A DNA stretch of 64,000 nucleotides from Bifidobacteriaceae bacterium. Its GTDB lineage: Bacteria; Actinomycetota; Actinomycetes; Actinomycetales; WQXJ01. Below are positions 37,331 to 47,896 of this stretch, in pieces. The position numbers were made by a program, and so were the translations under genes. The notes below the pieces were generated by a model. The model saw only the letters and a list, made by a program, of their open reading frames with translations. It searched no databases and was not told where the DNA came from. Within the stretch, counting starts at the first letter, position 1. Each line of letters opens with the position of its first letter. The DNA lies in contig JAISXH010000026.1 in the NCBI GenBank assembly GCA_031270825.1, forward strand, positions 3,621 through 67,620, read 5' to 3'.

Positions 37331-38302
37331 ATGACTGTGCCAGATTCCGCGCCGCGATACGCCTACCTAGGGCCCGCCGGAACGTTTACCGAGGAGGCCC
37401 TGCACCGGGTGGCGAGCGCCGAATCGGCCCACCTGCTGCCGCAGATCGACGTCATCAGCGCGATCGACCGGGTGCGCGAAGGCGCTGCCGACTATGCGGT
37501 CGTGGCGATCGAGAACTCGGTCGAAGGCGGCGTCACAGCGGTGCTGGACGCGCTGGCCGAAGGCGAACCATTGGTGATCACCAAAGAAATCCTGGTGCCG
37601 GTTTCATTCACCCTGGCGGCTCTCCCTGGAACACGGCTTGACCAGGTCAAACGGGTCGCCGCGCACCCGCACGCCTGGGCGCAGTGCCGCCAATGGGTAC
37701 ACCGACGCCTGCCCGGCGCCACTCATGTGGGGGCGTCATCGAACACCTCGGCGGCGGCGTTGATGGCTCGCGTGTCCCAAGGGACCACGCCGCGCGACCT
37801 GCTCGACTTCGACGCCGGCCTGGTGCCACCCGCCGCCGTGGAGCATTATGACCTGACGGTGCTGGCCAGCGGGGTGGCGGACAACCCCAGCGCGGTGACG
37901 CGGTTCGTCTTGGTGCAGCCGCCCGGCCCGGTCCCGGCGCCAACCGGCGCCGACAAGACCACCTTGACGGTCGCGCTGCCGGATGAGCGCGCCGGCGCGC
38001 TGATGGAACTGCTGGAACAGTTCTCGACCCGGGGGATCAACTTGACCCGGATCGAGTCGCGGCCCTCAGGGGACGCCCTGGGCCGTTACTTGTTCTCCAT
38101 CGACGCCGAAGCCCACGTCGCCGAACCGCGCATGGCGGAGGCCCTGGTCGGCCTGCACCGGGTCTCTCCCCACGTCCGCTATTTGGGTTCCTATCCCAAG
38201 GCTGATTTCGTGCCGACTCGGCTGCGGCCGGGAACCGCCGCCGAGGACTATGCCAGCGCCCGGGAGTGGGTCCAGGCCGTGCAAGCGGGCCAATCGGTTT
38301 GA
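37331..38302 (+). CDS. pheA: Prephenate dehydratase
   Basis: YLGPAGTFTEEA, IENSVEG, TRF motif, ACT domain INLTRIESRP, LGSYP. Confidence 0.97.
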   Translation: MTVPDSAPRYAYLGPAGTFTEEALHRVASAESAHLLPQIDVISAIDRVREGAADYAVVAIENSVEGGVTAVLDALAEGEPLVITKEILVPVSFTLAALPGTRLDQVKRVAAHPHAWAQCRQWVHRRLPGATHVGASSNTSAAALMARVSQGTTPRDLLDFDAGLVPPAAVEHYDLTVLASGVADNPSAVTRFVLVQPPGPVPAPTGADKTTLTVALPDERAGALMELLEQFSTRGINLTRIESRPSGDALGRYLFSIDAEAHVAEPRMAEALVGLHRVSPHVRYLGSYPKADFVPTRLRPGTAAEDYASAREWVQAVQAGQSV

Positions 38303-38357
38303 CCCGCGCCCGGCGCGGCTCGGCCGCATAGTCCCGGCCGGGGCCAAAGGACAACCG

Positions 38358-39440
38358 TCAACTGGCCACCCGCACGCAGAGCGCCAGGTGCTCCACCCAA
38401 GCATGCATGCCGGCGGCCCGGCCGACCAACTCGCCGTCGATCTGAATCAACTGCTCGGTCTCGCAGGCGACTCGGAACGACTGCGCTTGGCGGTAGATCA
38501 TGCGGCCGGAGGCCCAGGCGGGGGTGAATCGGATGCCGACCGAGTGCAACACCACCTGGAAAGCCAGCGCCGCCCAGCCGACCAGGCCATGACGGGTCTC
38601 GACCATAGCCAGATCGAGTTTGCCGTCCGCCAAATCCGCATCCGGGACCAGATTGAGGCGGGCCGGCAACAGGCCGCAATTGCCAAACATGACTGAGCGG
38701 GCCAGGACCGCTTTGACGCCGTGGTCGCCGTGGAACCGCACCCGCACCGGCTTGTCGGCCAGGTGGTTGAAGCCGGAAATGAAGTAGGCCGGCCAGCCAA
38801 GGCGGCGTTTCAGGGCGGAATCCGCCCCTGAGACCATGGCGGCGTCGAAGCCGAGACCGGAAATCACCAGGAAGGTCTCATGGTCCACCACCATCTCGCC
38901 TTGCGCCGTCCAAGCGGACAAGCGCCCCACATCGATCAGGCGGCGGTTCCCCGTCAGAGCGACTTCCAAAGCCTCGCGATTGGACACCAGCGGCAGTTTG
39001 AGGTTGCGCGCCAACAGATTCGCGGTGCCCAACGGCACAATGCCCATCGGGACGCCGGTTCCGCTGAGCCCCTCGGCCACAGCTCTGACTGTGCCATCCC
39101 CGCCGGCGGCCACCACAGTGCGCACCCCCGGCTCCATGGCGGCTCTGGCGGCCTGCGCGCCGCCCGGCGATTCGATGGTTGTCTCCAGCCACAGCGGGGC
39201 GCCCAGCCCTAGCTCGTCGCACATGGCGTGGGCTGCGCGTTTGAAATCGGCGTAGCCGTTCTTCGACGGATTGGCGACAACGGCGACGCGGTCGATCTGG
39301 CCGCTGTCGCGCCGCAGTTGCGCGGTTCGCGCGAGCGTCCGCTGGGTCCGGCGCAACCGCATGAAGGCCGCCAACGCCGCCGTGCCGCCCGCCAGACCGG
39401 CCAGGCCGCCCAGAATGGCCAGCCATTCATACCAAGCCAT
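38358..39440 (-). CDS. Diacylglycerol/lipid kinase family protein
   Basis: VANPSK, AAGGDGTV, PLGTANLLARN, GLGFDA, QIDGE; N-terminal TM helix. Confidence 0.9.
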   Translation of the reverse strand: MAWYEWLAILGGLAGLAGGTAALAAFMRLRRTQRTLARTAQLRRDSGQIDRVAVVANPSKNGYADFKRAAHAMCDELGLGAPLWLETTIESPGGAQAARAAMEPGVRTVVAAGGDGTVRAVAEGLSGTGVPMGIVPLGTANLLARNLKLPLVSNREALEVALTGNRRLIDVGRLSAWTAQGEMVVDHETFLVISGLGFDAAMVSGADSALKRRLGWPAYFISGFNHLADKPVRVRFHGDHGVKAVLARSVMFGNCGLLPARLNLVPDADLADGKLDLAMVETRHGLVGWAALAFQVVLHSVGIRFTPAWASGRMIYRQAQSFRVACETEQLIQIDGELVGRAAGMHAWVEHLALCVRVAS

Positions 39441-39580
39441 TACCCAATTGTGCCGCCCCGCCCGTGCCCCGTCACATTTCTGGCTCGCCGGCCCGCCGCC
39501 GTGAACCGCCAAGTGCCTCGCCACCACGCGCCATCGCGCGCCGCCACGAACCGTTCCGAGCAGCCGCCAACTGCCACGAA

Positions 39581-39718
39581 CCGCCGTCAGCACGATGCCG
39601 ACCGGTCACCCAAGCGGGCCGCCTCCGCCCCGAGCACGCCGTCCCGCCGCCGTCAGCACGATGCCGACCGGTCGCCCAAGCGGGCCGCCTCCGCCCCGAG
39701 CACGTCGTCCCGCCGCCG
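39581..39718 (+). repeat. 66 bp tandem duplication upstream of serS
   Basis: ccgccgtcagcacgatgccgaccggtc(a/g)cccaagcgggccgcctccgccccgagcacg(c/t)cgtcccg at 39581 and 39647, two mismatches. Confidence 0.9.
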
Positions 39719-39741
39719 AAGCAAACGGTAGGCTCGACCGA

Positions 39742-41025
39742 GTGATTGACCTCAAAGCCCTGCGCCAAGACCCCGACGCGGCCAGGACGTCGCAGCGCGC
39801 TCGGGGCGGCGACCCGGCTCTGGTCGACGCCATCCTGGCGGCAGATAGCCTCCATCGCGACGCGCTGGTCCGATTCGAGACCGCCCGCGCCGAACAAAAG
39901 GCTCTGGGCAAGCTGGTCGCCAAAGCCTCCGGCGAGGACAAGCGTGCCATGGTCGCCCAGGCACAGTCGATGGCCGCCCAGGTCAAGCAGGCGAGCGCGG
40001 ACTTGGAGGCGGCGGCGGCGAATCTGGACGCCACAGTTGAGGCCCTGCCGAACCTGATTGAGGCGGGCGCGCCCGCCGGCGGCGAAGACAAGTACGTGGT
40101 CCTGGGCCAGTCAGGCCAGGCGCCCGACTTCCGCCAGGCGGGATTCGAGCCTAAACCTCACGACGAATTGGGCGAACACCTGGGGATCATCGACACGGTC
40201 CGGGGCGCCAAAGTGTCGGGATCGCGCTTCTACTACCTCAAGGGCGCCGGCGCCCGCCTCGAGCTGGCCCTCCTTGGCCACGCCATGGACCTCGCCACCG
40301 AGCTGGGCTTCACGCCCATGATCACACCCACGCTGGTCCGCCCGGAGGTGATGGAGGGTACCGGCTTCTTAGGCGAGCACGCCGACGAGGTCTACTTCCT
40401 GCCCGCCGACGATCTCTATCTGACCGGCACCTCGGAGGTGGCGCTGGCCGGCTACCACAAGGATGAGATCCTGGACCTCAGCCAGGGCCCGCTGCGCTAC
40501 GCCGGATGGTCGGCCTGCTACCGCCGCGAAGCGGGCTCCTACGGCAAAGACACCAAGGGGATCTTCCGGGTCCACCAGTTCCACAAGGTCGAGCTGTTCG
40601 CGTACACCCATGAGCAAGACGCCCACGCCGAGCATGAGCGTTTGCTCCAACTCGAGGAGCGGATGCTGTCCGATGCCGCCATCCCCTATCGCGTGATCGA
40701 CGTCCCGGCTGGCGATTTGGGCACGTCTGCGGCCCGCAAGTTCGATTGCGAGGCTTGGATCCCAAGCCAAGGCCGGTTCCGCGAGATGACGTCAACCTCG
40801 AATTGCACCACTTTCCAGGCCCGGCGCTTGAATATCCGCGAGCGCGCCGAAGACGGCGCCACCAGGCCGGTGGCCACCCTGAACGGCACTTTCGCCACCA
40901 CCCGGTGGCTGGTGGCGATCCTCGAGAACCATCAGCAAGCCGACGGCTCGGTGGTGATCCCGGAGAAGCTGCGCCCGCAGATGGGCGGCTTGAGCGTGAT
41001 CGAACCCGGAGGTTCGGTCGCTTGA
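39742..41025 (+). CDS. serS: Serine--tRNA ligase
   Basis: (M)[61 protein letters not shown]. Confidence 0.98.
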   Translation: MIDLKALRQDPDAARTSQRARGGDPALVDAILAADSLHRDALVRFETARAEQKALGKLVAKASGEDKRAMVAQAQSMAAQVKQASADLEAAAANLDATVEALPNLIEAGAPAGGEDKYVVLGQSGQAPDFRQAGFEPKPHDELGEHLGIIDTVRGAKVSGSRFYYLKGAGARLELALLGHAMDLATELGFTPMITPTLVRPEVMEGTGFLGEHADEVYFLPADDLYLTGTSEVALAGYHKDEILDLSQGPLRYAGWSACYRREAGSYGKDTKGIFRVHQFHKVELFAYTHEQDAHAEHERLLQLEERMLSDAAIPYRVIDVPAGDLGTSAARKFDCEAWIPSQGRFREMTSTSNCTTFQARRLNIRERAEDGATRPVATLNGTFATTRWLVAILENHQQADGSVVIPEKLRPQMGGLSVIEPGGSVA

Positions 41026-41840
41026 GCATCCTCACCCGGACGGTCGCGCCACAAGTCCTGCTCGCTGTCGACATCGACGGCACCTTGCTGACCTGGGACG
41101 GCGAACTCTTCGACTCCGCCGAGCGAGCGATCAAACGGGTTTTGGCGGCGCCCGAGATCGAACTGGTCCTGGCCACCGGCCGTGCCGTCCATTCCACCGT
41201 CGGGGTGGCCCGGCGCCTCGGGATCAGACACGGATTGGCCGTCTGCTGCAACGGCTCGGCCACCATCCGCCTCGATCCCGATCTGCCCGGCGGCTGGGAA
41301 CTGATCGATGTCGTCACCTTTGACGCCGCCCCGGCCATCGCCTCGATCCGCCGCCGTCTACCGGATGCGCGTTTGGCGGTGGAGGACCTGGGATACGGAT
41401 TCAAGGTCACAGCCCACTTCCCCTCCGGGGAATTGGACGGCGAAGTCCGCGTCGTCAGCGACGAAGAACTCGGCCGCGACCCGGCCACCCGCGTGATCTT
41501 GCGGGACACCGACCTCACCCTCGACGAACTGCACGCGGTGGTCGAAGAGACCAAGCTGCCAGACGTGGCCTACGCGGTCGGCTGGACCGGCTGGGTCGAT
41601 CTCAACCCGCCGGGAGTCTCCAAAGCCTCGGCTCTGGAGGCGATCAGACGCCAACTGGGCGTCGAATCCCACCTGACGGTCGCTGTCGGCGATGGCGGCA
41701 ACGACATCACTATGCTCGAATGGGCCGGTCGGGGAGTGGCCATGGGAGGCTCGCGGCAGGATGTGGTGGCGGCGGCCGACGAGGAAACAGGCCCGATCGA
41801 CCAAGAGGGGCTGGCGAGCGTTATCAACTCGCTGTTCTGA
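41022..41840 (+). CDS. Cof-type HAD hydrolase
   Basis: [29 protein letters not shown]. Confidence 0.92.
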   Translation: MSILTRTVAPQVLLAVDIDGTLLTWDGELFDSAERAIKRVLAAPEIELVLATGRAVHSTVGVARRLGIRHGLAVCCNGSATIRLDPDLPGGWELIDVVTFDAAPAIASIRRRLPDARLAVEDLGYGFKVTAHFPSGELDGEVRVVSDEELGRDPATRVILRDTDLTLDELHAVVEETKLPDVAYAVGWTGWVDLNPPGVSKASALEAIRRQLGVESHLTVAVGDGGNDITMLEWAGRGVAMGGSRQDVVAAADEETGPIDQEGLASVINSLF

Positions 41841-41863
41841 CACCACGACTGGATAGGAGACCC

Positions 41864-42706
41864 ATGCGCCTGGCGACCCTGCGAACCGGACCGCAGCACC
41901 AGCGGACCGTCGCGGCCCGAATCGAAGGTGATGAGGCCGTCATCTTGGAAGCGTTCGCCGATGTCGGCGCCGTGCTGGCGGCCGAGGCTCTTCAGTCCGC
42001 GCGGTCCGTTGACGGACCCCGCGCCAAGTTGGACCAAGCCCACTTCGCCCCGGTTGTGACCCGGCCCGGCAAGATCTTGTGCGTCGGCATGAACTATCGC
42101 GCCCACGTGGTTGAGATGGGCCGCGCCGCGCCTCCCCATCCGGCGCTGTTCGCCAAATGGAAGGAGTCGCTGATCGGGGCGGGCGAGGCGATCCAGTTGC
42201 CGCCCGAATCGAGACAGGTCGACTGGGAAGGCGAACTGGCCGTCATAGTGGGCAAACGCCTGCGGCGAGCCGATTTGCTCGAAGCGGCCGAAGGGATCGG
42301 CGGATACACCCTGATGTGCGACACGTCGATGCGTGATTGGCAATACCGAAGCTCCCAATGGATGCAAGGCAAGACCTGGGAGAAGTCAACGCCGCTGGGT
42401 CCGTGGATGGCGACGCCGGACGAACTCGCCGATGACGCGGAGCTGACCACCGCAGTGGACGGCCAGGAAGTCCAGCGGGGGCGGATCGCGGACCAGGTCA
42501 TCAGCCCGGCGGGACTGATTTCCTACGTTTCGACTTTCATCACACTCGAGCCGGGAGACGTGATAGCGACGGGAACGCCGGGTGGCGTGGGGCACGCCAG
42601 GCGGCCGCCGGTCTATCTCAAACCGGGCCAAGAAATCGAAATCGAGGTGACCGGAATAGGCCGGTTAAGTTCTAATGTCGCCAACGAGGCGGTTCCTGGG
42701 CCATGA
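41864..42706 (+). CDS. Fumarylacetoacetate hydrolase family protein
   Basis: KILCVGMNY, DWEGELAV, QWMQGK, GDVIATGTPGGVG. Confidence 0.93.
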   Translation: MRLATLRTGPQHQRTVAARIEGDEAVILEAFADVGAVLAAEALQSARSVDGPRAKLDQAHFAPVVTRPGKILCVGMNYRAHVVEMGRAAPPHPALFAKWKESLIGAGEAIQLPPESRQVDWEGELAVIVGKRLRRADLLEAAEGIGGYTLMCDTSMRDWQYRSSQWMQGKTWEKSTPLGPWMATPDELADDAELTTAVDGQEVQRGRIADQVISPAGLISYVSTFITLEPGDVIATGTPGGVGHARRPPVYLKPGQEIEIEVTGIGRLSSNVANEAVPGP

Positions 42707-42713
42707 TTGACGG

Positions 42714-43997
42714 ATGGTCCAGTTAGGGTTGGGTCAAGTGGACGCGGACGCCCCAGCACTTGACCAGGGCTTGTCTGCCGCCGCGCTAACGCGCGTCGCG
42801 GTGGACAGTCCCGACCTCCAGGTGCGCGTTGCTTGGCATCGCAACGTCGATCGCCCGTTGCTCGAATGGCTGCGCGACAACGGCGAGCCGCCGGCAGCGC
42901 GGGTGGCACGAGTGCGCTTGGCGGCGCGCGCCATCAACGCCGCCCGCGACGCGGAAGAGGCCGCTCAGGCGGATAGCTCAGCGGACAAGACCACAACCGC
43001 CGCAGTTGAGAACCGTTCAGCCGGGCAGGGTCCGGCCGTCAGCGTTTCGCTTGGCGACGCCGACGCGACGCCGGCATCGGGCATCGACGTGACGCCCGTG
43101 CCCGATGCCGCCCCGACCGTCTCCGCCGAACCCGACCTCCCAGCCCCGCCGGTGGGGGGGACCAGCTCTATCCGGTCCGTCCTCAGCGGCGAGCCGCTAC
43201 CCCGCCGGCCGAAGACGGCCCCGCTGCTGACAGCGGTCCACCGACCGCTGGCGTCACGTATCCCCAGGGCGGTGGCAGGGGGCCATCGGCCCGCCACCGC
43301 GCCTCCGGCCGCAGTTGCGATCAAACGCGAGAAGGCCGCCGAGGAGCTCGCGCCGGCCCCGGCCAAGAAGCCGCGCCCATTACCGACACAGGGCGAAGCA
43401 ACAAGCGTCGCCGTTTCCCCTCCGGCGCACTCCCCCCGGCACGCCGCCGAGCCAAGCCCCGAAGTTCTCCCGATTGACCCGATCATTCACCCCGCCCAGC
43501 CGTTGGTCCAACCGGGAGTAGACCCGCTGCTGGGCGATCCGCGCACGCCATGGCCGCCCGCCTCTCTAATCGAACCAACCGAGGACGCCCCGGCCGCCCG
43601 AATCGGGATCACCAGACTTACGACTGCGGAGCCCGCCACTGTCAAACCCACGACTGCGAAACCCGCGACCGCCAAACCCGCGACTGCGAAACCGGCTGGC
43701 GCCAAACCCGCGACCGCGAGGCCTGCCGGCGCTAAGCCTGCCGGCGCCAGGCCTGCTGGTGGCGGAGCGCGGGAACGAAGCGGCGACCGCACGGCATCGG
43801 CCCAGAACCAGGCGCCACGGCCCACGCCGCCGCGCTTCGGACCTGGGCTGATGGCCCTGGTGATCCTGGCGGTGGCACTACTCGTGGCCTGTGTCGTGGT
43901 GGGCGCGCTGATGGTGGGCGGCGTCATCGAAACCGCCGCCGGGGCCACCGACACCGCCGCAGCCGGACCGGGTTGGCTCGACGGTTGGCGCCGATAA
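42714..43997 (+). CDS. Pro/Ala-rich membrane protein with a short N-terminal helical (variant LRR-like) domain and C-terminal TM
   Basis: LTRVAVDSPDLQVRVAWHRNV..LLEWL; low-complexity linker; TM LMALVILAVALLVACVVVGALMV. Confidence 0.6.
   Translation: MVQLGLGQVDADAPALDQGLSAAALTRVAVDSPDLQVRVAWHRNVDRPLLEWLRDNGEPPAARVARVRLAARAINAARDAEEAAQADSSADKTTTAAVENRSAGQGPAVSVSLGDADATPASGIDVTPVPDAAPTVSAEPDLPAPPVGGTSSIRSVLSGEPLPRRPKTAPLLTAVHRPLASRIPRAVAGGHRPATAPPAAVAIKREKAAEELAPAPAKKPRPLPTQGEATSVAVSPPAHSPRHAAEPSPEVLPIDPIIHPAQPLVQPGVDPLLGDPRTPWPPASLIEPTEDAPAARIGITRLTTAEPATVKPTTAKPATAKPATAKPAGAKPATARPAGAKPAGARPAGGGARERSGDRTASAQNQAPRPTPPRFGPGLMALVILAVALLVACVVVGALMVGGVIETAAGATDTAAAGPGWLDGWRR
43620..43760 (+). repeat. 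In-frame 15 bp tandem repeat (KPATA/RPAGA)
   Basis: EPATVKPTTAKPATAKPATAKPAGAKPATARPAGAKPAGARPAGG. Confidence 0.85.
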
Positions 43998-44015
43998 CGC
44001 CGTGGCCTTATCAGC

Positions 44016-44170
44016 AAGCCGGTGGATAAACCGGTTTCCTAGGCCGAAGCAGCCTTTTCCTTCCGCGTTTCCGCTGGTCAGCGTTCCGCTGCTGCGCGTC
44101 AACACGGTCGGAGCGTGGTTGTTCACCACGCTCCTAGCCGGTGAATGAACCGGCTTCCCGGGGCCGAGGC
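44016..44170 (+). repeat. Dispersed ~125 bp structured element, copy B, followed by a second copy of its left hairpin
   Basis: Matches 11133-11255; extra ccggtgaatgaaccggcttcccggggccgagg at 44138-44169. Confidence 0.9.
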
Positions 44171-44189
44171 GGCACCTACTGCCGAGCCC

Positions 44190-45014
44190 TCAGATCAGGA
44201 GGTCCGCGACCGGCTCGATCAGTCCGGGACCGTTGTTTCTGACCGAGCCCACGGCACGGCCCACTTCGCGGGGGATCAGTTCCGGGTCGGGGATCGCCTC
44301 TATTAGAGCGCCCACCGCCGCAGGCGTGTTCAAATCGGGGCTCAACCACGGCTCCCACAGCTCTCCAGGCACCACCAGCGGCATCCGATCATGGATGTCG
44401 CCTAGCGAGTCGGTCGCCGCTCGGGTCACAATTGTGAATGTGACCAGCGGGGCCGCGCGGGCGCTTGGGTCATCCTGGTCGACATCTGGTTGAGGCGGCG
44501 GGCGCCACCACTCGTAGAGCCCGGCCATGGCGATCAAGCCCTCATCCTCGGGGTGGAGAAAGAACGGCCGCTTCGCGCCCCGCACGCCCGCCTGCCACTC
44601 GAAGTACCCGGCCGCCGGGATCAGGGCCCGCCGCGCCTTGGCCGCGGCGCGGAAGGCCGGTTTGACGGTGATGGTCTCACTACGCGCGTTGATCAGCCTG
44701 GCCCCGATCGACCGGTCCTTGGCCCAGGAGGGCACCAGCCCCCAACGGGCGGCGCGGACCTCACGCGGACGGGAGGGCTGGACGAGGGCCCCGGCGGCAT
44801 CACTTGTGGCGGTCCCGATCTGATCGTCGAGGCCGCGCGGTTCATCCCCACTGTGCCCACTGGCGCGGGCGGACGGGGTCAACTCGCGGATCAGCGGCGC
44901 CTGGTTGGTCGGCGCCACGTTCCAAGACGGCCCCGGCAACTCAGTTATCTGATCGGCGTTGAACACACCCGCCAACTCAGCCGGGTCGAAATAGCTCACG
45001 AACCTGCCGCACAT
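44190..45014 (-). CDS. SOS response-associated peptidase (SRAP/YedK)
   Basis: MCGRF N-terminus, WNVAPT, RWGLVPSW, LINARSET, GYFEW, IHDRMP. Confidence 0.95.
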   Translation of the reverse strand: MCGRFVSYFDPAELAGVFNADQITELPGPSWNVAPTNQAPLIRELTPSARASGHSGDEPRGLDDQIGTATSDAAGALVQPSRPREVRAARWGLVPSWAKDRSIGARLINARSETITVKPAFRAAAKARRALIPAAGYFEWQAGVRGAKRPFFLHPEDEGLIAMAGLYEWWRPPPQPDVDQDDPSARAAPLVTFTIVTRAATDSLGDIHDRMPLVVPGELWEPWLSPDLNTPAAVGALIEAIPDPELIPREVGRAVGSVRNNGPGLIEPVADLLI

Positions 45015-45086
45015 GCTCCCCAGGCTAGCGACAACCAGCCCTGGAGGAGGCGTTGGCGCCGGTGTTGTCTTGTGCCCGGGCGCAAA

Positions 45087-45160
45087 TGGAGCGGGCGACG
45101 GGAATCGAACCCGCACTGGCAGCTTGGGAAGCTGCTGTTCTGCCATTGAACTACGCCCGC
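45087..45160 (-). tRNA. tRNA-Gly(CCC)
   Basis: GCGGGCGTAGTTCAATGGCAGAAC..CAGC-TT-CCC-AA-GCTG..GGTTCGATTCCC..CCCGCTCCA; 74 nt. Confidence 0.97.
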
Positions 45161-45209
45161 ACAGCCCTACGTGCATACCCAATCCACCGACCTGGGGCGG
45201 AAACCCCTT

Positions 45210-45365
45210 CTTCTAATCGGAAGTGCAACACCCTTCCTAGGATGAGGACTGTCAAAGGTTCTCTACTGGGAAGGGTGCTGCTGTGGGCCAACGTTACCGT
45301 CATTTGTGCGCTGAGGAGCGGACGGCCATTGAGAAGATGGGATCCGAGGGGAGATCGACGCCGGA
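45210..45365 (+). mobile_element. IS30-family left-end remnant
   Basis: TTCTAATCGGAAGTGCAACACC terminal-repeat-like sequence, then (M)GQRYRHLCAEERTAIEKMGSEGRS resembling the IS30 transposase N-terminal HTH start. Confidence 0.6.
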
Positions 45366-45519
45366 TCAGCGGCTCGGCCCCAGGTCTGGGCCCGCCGGGC
45401 AAACCGGCGCAAGAATCGCCGCTTTGTCCGCGAGACCGTGCCAATGCCAGGATGGGTACGATCCCTTATGGAGACGGTGCCATGGCGGCCCCGACCGACG
45501 ACCCGCGCTAGGAGTGACA

Positions 45520-46524
45520 ATGCATGTGCCAGATCATTTCTTGAATGACCCAACTTCTGCTGTGACCGGCGCCCTGGCCGTGAGCGCGCTCGCCTTGGCG
45601 GTACGCCAATCGCGACGGCAAACACGGACCTGGGACGAACCAGCCAGTTCCGGCGAGGCGAGCAAGACTTCTGCCCTGATGTCGCTGGGGGACCGCAGCG
45701 GGGCGCCCGCGTTCGCGGCCACCACGGCATTGGTGTTCGGCCTCCAGATGCTCAATTACCCAGTCGCCTCCGGGACCAGCGGGCACCTGCTCGGCGGCGC
45801 CCTGGCGGCCGCGCTGCTGGGACCGGCGCGTGGCATTCTGGCGGTCAGCACGGTATTGGTGGTGCAGGCTTTGGCCTTCGCCGATGGCGGTCTGAGCGCG
45901 CTTGGGACCAACATCCTACTGATGGCGGTGGTGGCAACGCTGACGGGCTGGGCCGTGGAACGGGCACGGCCGCGCGGCGCGGTCGGCATCGGCGCCGTGG
46001 CCGCGCTGGGAGGCGCGGTCTCCGTGCCGGTGACGGCTGGGGCGTTCACCTTGCTCTACGCGCTCAGCGGGACCATGCCGGTGGCGTTCGGGGCCTTGGC
46101 CGGGTCGATGCTCGGGGTGCACGCGCTCATCGGCCTGGGCGAGGGCCTGATCACCGGCCTGGTGGTCGGCCTGGTGGCCGCCTGGGCGCCCGGCTTCGCG
46201 GCCATCGACGTGCGTCAGCGCACCGGGCGGCCGGCCGTGTTCGCGCTCGGGGGGATGGCCGTGGTGGCCGCCGCGCTGCTGTCGCCGCTGGCGTCCTCGG
46301 CGCCTGACGGGTTGGAGTACGCGGCGACGGCGGTCGGATTCGCCGATGCCGCCCGGGCGCATTCATTCGATGCCAGCGCCCTGGCCGATTATGGCTCCGC
46401 CACCGGTCTGAGCGTCGGTCTGGTCGGCTTGATCGGCCTGGCCACCTGCGCGATATTGGCATTCGCGGCGGCGCCGCTGCTGCGCGTTCGCCGGCTGCCG
46501 ACGGCGCTGGAAGCGCCCGCCTGA
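45520..46524 (+). CDS. nikM: ECF-type nickel uptake S component NikM fused to a PDGLE (NikN) domain
   Basis: N-terminal MHVPD, QMLNYPV..GTSGHLLGG, QALAFADGG, HALIGLGEG, ASSAPDGLE; AGGAG RBS. Confidence 0.88.
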   Translation: MHVPDHFLNDPTSAVTGALAVSALALAVRQSRRQTRTWDEPASSGEASKTSALMSLGDRSGAPAFAATTALVFGLQMLNYPVASGTSGHLLGGALAAALLGPARGILAVSTVLVVQALAFADGGLSALGTNILLMAVVATLTGWAVERARPRGAVGIGAVAALGGAVSVPVTAGAFTLLYALSGTMPVAFGALAGSMLGVHALIGLGEGLITGLVVGLVAAWAPGFAAIDVRQRTGRPAVFALGGMAVVAAALLSPLASSAPDGLEYAATAVGFADAARAHSFDASALADYGSATGLSVGLVGLIGLATCAILAFAAAPLLRVRRLPTALEAPA

Positions 46525-46546
46525 GTGGTCGACACTTCGCACAGAT

Positions 46547-46587
46547 GCGGGACAAAGGTCCGGATGCCGGGCATATTTGTGTAGAAT
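46547..46587 (+). promoter_or_regulatory. Hydrogenase promoter: DosR/DevR-like box plus extended -10
   Basis: GGGAC-aaag-GTCCG (46549-46562) upstream of TGTG-TAGAAT (TAGAAT 46582-46587). Confidence 0.45.
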
Positions 46588-46681
46588 CTGCGTGGGCGCA
46601 GCAAGGGAGCCGTTCTAACGATCACGGCCTTGTGTTGTGGTCGTGGCCATGATTCCCCGAGACCCAGTGAGAGGCGATGGC

Positions 46682-47893
46682 GTGGCGTACAAACTGGATG
46701 GATGGCAAGACCCGACTTTGGGCGAAAACCTCGCCCGCGCTGGAGTCTCAAGGCGTGATTTCCTAGCCTATTGCGGCGTCTTGGCCGGGATCTTCGCGCT
46801 GGGGGCGGGCGCCAAGCCGGCCAGCGCCGCGCAGGTGGCTGAGGCTCTCGCGGCGGTCCGCAAACCGAACGTGGTCTGGCTGCAATTGCAGGAGTGCACC
46901 GGCTGCATGGAGTCGACCCTGCGGTCAGGCGGCACCACAGTCGAAGAAGTGGTGCTGAACCTGCTGTCGGTCAACTACAACGAACTGGTCATGGCGGCCG
47001 CCGGCGACGCCGCCAACAAAGCCTTGGCGGACACCAACGCCGAGGACCACATCTTGGTGGTGAACGGCTCCATCCCGACCAAAGACGGCGGGATCTATTG
47101 CACCATTGGCGGAGAGTCCGCCGAAGAGGTCCTGCGCAAGTCCGCCGAGAAAGCCACCGCCATCCTGGCCGTGGGCGCCTGCGCGGTCTGGGGTTCGGTG
47201 CAGGCCGCACGGCCCAATCCCACCGGAGCCGTTGGCGTGGATCAGATCATCCGCGACAAGCCAGTCATCAACGTGGCCGGATGCCCGCCGATCGGCGAGG
47301 TCATCACCGCCACCGTCTCCTACATCCTGACTCACGACGCGCTGCCGAAGACGGACGCCGAAGGGCGGCCGTTGTTCGCCTACGAGCAGCGCATCCACGA
47401 TTCGTGCCCGCGCCGGGCCCACTACGACGCCGGCCAGTATGTGCGTTCGTTCGACGACGATGGCGCCCGCGCCGGCTGGTGCCTCTATGAAGTGGGGTGC
47501 AAGGGTCCGTCCACCTTCAGCCCCTGCCCCATCTTCCAGTGGAACCTGCACACCAGTTGGCCCATTGGCGCCGGCCACCCCTGTATCGGCTGCACCGAAA
47601 AGGACTTCTTCGACCGGTTCACGCCCTTCTACCAGGTCCTGCCGGATGTCAGAGGCCTGGGAGTGGAGTCGACCGCGACCAAGATCGGCTGGGGTCTGGT
47701 CGGCGCCACAGTCGCCGGGGTTGGCGTCCATGCCGGGCTGACCGCAGTTAGGCGCTCGACCAGTCGCAAGGCCAACGCCGCGGTGCCGCTGGCCGCCTTC
47801 GGCGACGAACCGGCCGGAGGCGCAGACGGCTGTTGTGGCGGCAAAAGCAAAGACGGCGATGGCGGCTGCGGTTGCTCTGGAGAGGGGCGATAG
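46682..47893 (+). CDS. hyaA: Group 1 [NiFe]-hydrogenase small subunit
   Basis: Tat signal SRRDFL, ECTGCMES, GACAVWG, GCPP, HDSCPRR, CLYEVGCKGP, HPCIGC, C-terminal TM helix. Confidence 0.95.
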   Translation: MAYKLDGWQDPTLGENLARAGVSRRDFLAYCGVLAGIFALGAGAKPASAAQVAEALAAVRKPNVVWLQLQECTGCMESTLRSGGTTVEEVVLNLLSVNYNELVMAAAGDAANKALADTNAEDHILVVNGSIPTKDGGIYCTIGGESAEEVLRKSAEKATAILAVGACAVWGSVQAARPNPTGAVGVDQIIRDKPVINVAGCPPIGEVITATVSYILTHDALPKTDAEGRPLFAYEQRIHDSCPRRAHYDAGQYVRSFDDDGARAGWCLYEVGCKGPSTFSPCPIFQWNLHTSWPIGAGHPCIGCTEKDFFDRFTPFYQVLPDVRGLGVESTATKIGWGLVGATVAGVGVHAGLTAVRRSTSRKANAAVPLAAFGDEPAGGADGCCGGKSKDGDGGCGCSGEGR

Positions 47894-47896
47894 ACC

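Noticed and set aside
39581-39741. T-box leader before serS
   Set aside because: No T-box consensus (GGTGGNACCGCG); it is a simple 66 bp duplication, and serS looks leaderless
45200-45500. Cobalamin or NiCo riboswitch upstream of nikM
   Set aside because: No convincing B12-box or four-way-junction pattern; the region is better explained by an IS30 end and transposase start
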